Origin: Patescibacteria group bacterium
GTDB lineage: Bacteria > Patescibacteriota > UBA1384 > XYA2-FULL-43-10
Reading direction: 5' to 3'
DNA length: 32,000 nucleotides
Assembly (NCBI GenBank): GCA_041674405.1
Contig: JBAYVT010000002.1
Location: 1-32,000, forward strand
The notes below the pieces were generated by a model. It did no database searches. It was not told the DNA's origin and was given only the letters and a program-made list of their open reading frames with translations. Shown one piece after another: positions 29,489-32,000 of the stretch; position 1 is the first letter of the stretch, and every line of letters starts with the position of its first letter. The position numbers and the translations under genes are program-made.

Positions 29489-30673
29489 TTATTGTTTTAA
29501 TTTGCCGCCCTTTATTCCCATCTTCGAGGAATTAAGGCCAGACAAGAGAGCTGATTTAAATGTATGGGTGAAATCTTTCTTTGCCGCGTGCTTCTCTTCA
29601 GCAAATTTAATAAGCTTTGATAAAAGATCGTGGAGTGGCACTCCGCTTTTCTCCCAGAGGTGGTGATAAACGGTGCCAGGCAGGGGATTGATCTCATTTG
29701 CAAAAACTTCGTTAGTTTTTTTATCAAGAAGAAAATCGACCCGGGCAATCCCACAACAACCAACAGAAGTATATACTTTTTTCGCCATTTCCTGAATCTT
29801 CTTTGTCATTCCCCTATCAAGGCGCGCAGGGATTACCAGCCCCGATTCCGCTTTCCCGAGCTGTGCGCCACCATCTTTTAGGTACTTTTCCTCGAAATCA
29901 AAAAGTTCTGCCTGAAAAACAGATTCTTGCAGTTCTGAAGCCGTTAAATCATCGTTGCCAATAATGCAGCAAGTCACATCCATAAGGTTGTCGACCCCCT
30001 CTTCAACCAAGACTTTGTCATCGTAATAAAGCGCGACTTCAATTTTATTTTCTAGATCCTTCTCATCCTTCACTTTCGCAATGCCGATTGAGGATCCAAG
30101 ATGTACGGGTTTCACAAAAACCGGCCATTTCATTTTTTGGATTCGATCGACAATGAATTTTTTATTCGAATCCCAATCTTTTTTACGGAAAACTCCATAT
30201 TTAGTTGTCGGAATTCCATTTACTTCACAAAGTTGCTTGGTAAGTGCTTTATCCATTGAAATTGCCGAGGACGCCACATCACAACCGACGTAGGGAACAT
30301 CCAACATCTCAAACAATCCCTGTATTGTCCCATCCTCGCCATATGCTCCATGAAAAGCCGGAAAAGCGAGATCGATTGTGATCGATTTCCCAACAATCCC
30401 CTTTTTCTTAAAGACCATTTTCCCGCGCGAATTCTGAAGGTCGAGAAGGTATTGTTTGAAGGAGGTTTTTTCTTCTATCCTCACCTTGGGATCGGTAAAA
30501 CTGGCAAGTTTGCCCAAAGATTCATCAATCATCCATTCACCATCGCGCGTGATATATACTGGAACTACATCATACCCTAGTCCACAAAGTCCGGAAATTA
30601 TCAACTGGCCGGTAATAATTGAAACATCGTGCTCGGTACTCCGGCTGCCAAAGAATACACCAATTGTTTTCAT
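29489..30673 (-). CDS. ddl: D-alanine--D-alanine ligase
   Basis: KTIGVFFGSRSTEHDVSIITGQ, AFHGAYGEDGTIQGLFEMLDVPYVG, FVKPVHLGSSIGIAKV, EINPLPGTVYHHLWEKSG. ATG at 30673 preceded by AAAAGGAGAAAC. Confidence 0.97.
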   Translation of the reverse strand: MKTIGVFFGSRSTEHDVSIITGQLIISGLCGLGYDVVPVYITRDGEWMIDESLGKLASFTDPKVRIEEKTSFKQYLLDLQNSRGKMVFKKKGIVGKSITIDLAFPAFHGAYGEDGTIQGLFEMLDVPYVGCDVASSAISMDKALTKQLCEVNGIPTTKYGVFRKKDWDSNKKFIVDRIQKMKWPVFVKPVHLGSSIGIAKVKDEKDLENKIEVALYYDDKVLVEEGVDNLMDVTCCIIGNDDLTASELQESVFQAELFDFEEKYLKDGGAQLGKAESGLVIPARLDRGMTKKIQEMAKKVYTSVGCCGIARVDFLLDKKTNEVFANEINPLPGTVYHHLWEKSGVPLHDLLSKLIKFAEEKHAAKKDFTHTFKSALLSGLNSSKMGIKGGKLKQ

Positions 30674-30683
30674 GTTTCTCCTT

Positions 30684-31994
30684 TTAGATGTGCTGATCTC
30701 CCCAATCATTTTGAAAAAGTATAACATCACCCGGTTGTAGAATCTTGGATAATGAATCATGCGCCGATTTCGCCGTTTCGTGCCAGATAATATTTTTATC
30801 GTCAAAACCAGCATTTTTAAGTCCTTCGGCAATATATGGGGTCGCGCTATTTTTAATAAGAATTACCTTGTCGGCAACCGCTGATAATTTTTTGCCAATT
30901 TCGGTGTGAACATTTTTATTTTGGCTGCCGGACTCAACCAAACCAGGAGTGATGAACAATTTACGCCTATCAGTAAATGTTGCAAGTACTTTGATTGCCT
31001 CTGTTACCCCTTGGGGGTTGCCGTTGTAGCTGTCATCAATCACAAGAACACCACCAGCACCCATGATTGGCTCAAGTCGGTGATTGACCGGTTTGATTTC
31101 GGAGATACCTCGTTTGATTTCAGCATTTTCCATACCAAGAGATTTTGCTACAAGATTGGCAGCTTGAACATCACCCAAAATGTATTCGCCCAGAATAGGA
31201 ATCTCAATTTCTCCCAGCTCTGCAATCTCCGCTTTCCAGTGTAATTTGTCCACATCAAACTTTTTTGCTTTAACATCATTCGTGCTGAAGAATTTGACTT
31301 CTCTTGTACTGCAGTATTTTTCGTAATATTTTTTCACATTTTCATCATCGGCGTTTAAAAACACTCTGGCATTAGGTTTTGCATTTTCCACCGCTTCGAA
31401 AATTGTCGCGGCAATTCTCTCGATGCTGCCAATCCGCTCAAAGTGTGCCTCGTTGATACCGCTAATAACTTGAATATCTGGAGGAAAGATCCCGGCAATT
31501 CGTTTATTATCACCTTGATATTCTTCTCCAAATTCAACAATTAACATCTCTGAAGTTTTCTTATAATTTTTGATTATCCACGAGCTCATGCCAACAGCAG
31601 TATTGATGCTTTCACCCGGTGCCAACACCTTATATTTTTGCTTGAGCACAGATTCTATTACGTTTTTAAGTGTAGTCTTACCGTAACTGCCGGCGATGCC
31701 GATAATTTTCAGCTTGGAATTTTTGACCAAATTCCGTGCTCGATTCATAACTATCTTCTTGGCCACATAATCAAAAGGGCTTAAAATCAGCAGCGAAAGC
31801 GTAAAATATATCGGCGCAATAAAAAACGAAATTATTATCCAGATAACGCCAGCCAATGTCCCGAGTGTTAAAAATAGGTAGGTCGATACCGCAAAAATCG
31901 CGAACGAAAGAAGTGCCAGAAGCATTATTTTCTTTGTCCATACTAATCTTTTTCGAAGCGGTACATTTGCTTTATAAAACCCGCGGCGAAACAA
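30684..31994 (-). CDS. murF: Mur ligase family protein (MurF-like) with N-terminal transmembrane region; likely truncated by the right edge
   Basis: IIGIAGSYGKTTLKNVIESVLKQKY, VEFGEEYQGDNKRIAG, INEAHFERIGS, NADDENV, VIDDSYNGNPQG. The track start is TTG near the edge, so the true start may be outside. Confidence 0.8.
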   Translation of the reverse strand: MFRRGFYKANVPLRKRLVWTKKIMLLALLSFAIFAVSTYLFLTLGTLAGVIWIIISFFIAPIYFTLSLLILSPFDYVAKKIVMNRARNLVKNSKLKIIGIAGSYGKTTLKNVIESVLKQKYKVLAPGESINTAVGMSSWIIKNYKKTSEMLIVEFGEEYQGDNKRIAGIFPPDIQVISGINEAHFERIGSIERIAATIFEAVENAKPNARVFLNADDENVKKYYEKYCSTREVKFFSTNDVKAKKFDVDKLHWKAEIAELGEIEIPILGEYILGDVQAANLVAKSLGMENAEIKRGISEIKPVNHRLEPIMGAGGVLVIDDSYNGNPQGVTEAIKVLATFTDRRKLFITPGLVESGSQNKNVHTEIGKKLSAVADKVILIKNSATPYIAEGLKNAGFDDKNIIWHETAKSAHDSLSKILQPGDVILFQNDWGDQHI

Positions 31995-32000
31995 AAGCCG

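Overview
The window looks like part of a small, AT-rich bacterial genome. Organisation resembles Patescibacteria/CPR, but that lineage call is inference. Almost everything lies on the minus strand. The 23S rRNA gene runs off the left edge (about 1-2465) and a complete 16S rRNA gene sits at about 17533-18983. They are separated by roughly 15 kb of protein-coding DNA that still contains the classic spacer tRNAs, tRNA-Ile(GAT) and tRNA-Ala(TGC), plus tRNA-Ala(CGC). Each of these RNA genes has its own promoter candidate, and several have their own terminator, so this looks like a dismantled rRNA operon. The two most unusual signals are as follows. (1) A plus-strand pair of secreted or anchored proteins (4535-5395 and 5502-7343) contains 7 copies of a repeat with invariant internal spacing: TGxxSENxN, then 36 residues to TGxN, then 16 residues to TG(D/S). 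The unit is exactly 89 aa in the first protein. (2) A family of degenerate, structured, tRNA-3'-end-like elements ending in CCACCA/CTACCA sits downstream of each tRNA gene. Other content: three type IV pilin/PilX-like proteins, two NUDIX hydrolases, a GrpB-family protein, an HD phosphohydrolase, a malic enzyme, an ABC-2 exporter with two permeases, eno, a methyltransferase, gpmI, a SET-domain protein, a YdcF-like protein, ddl, a MurF-like ligase, a Cys-rich 56-aa protein missed by the ORF track, and a gene that appears to start with AUA.
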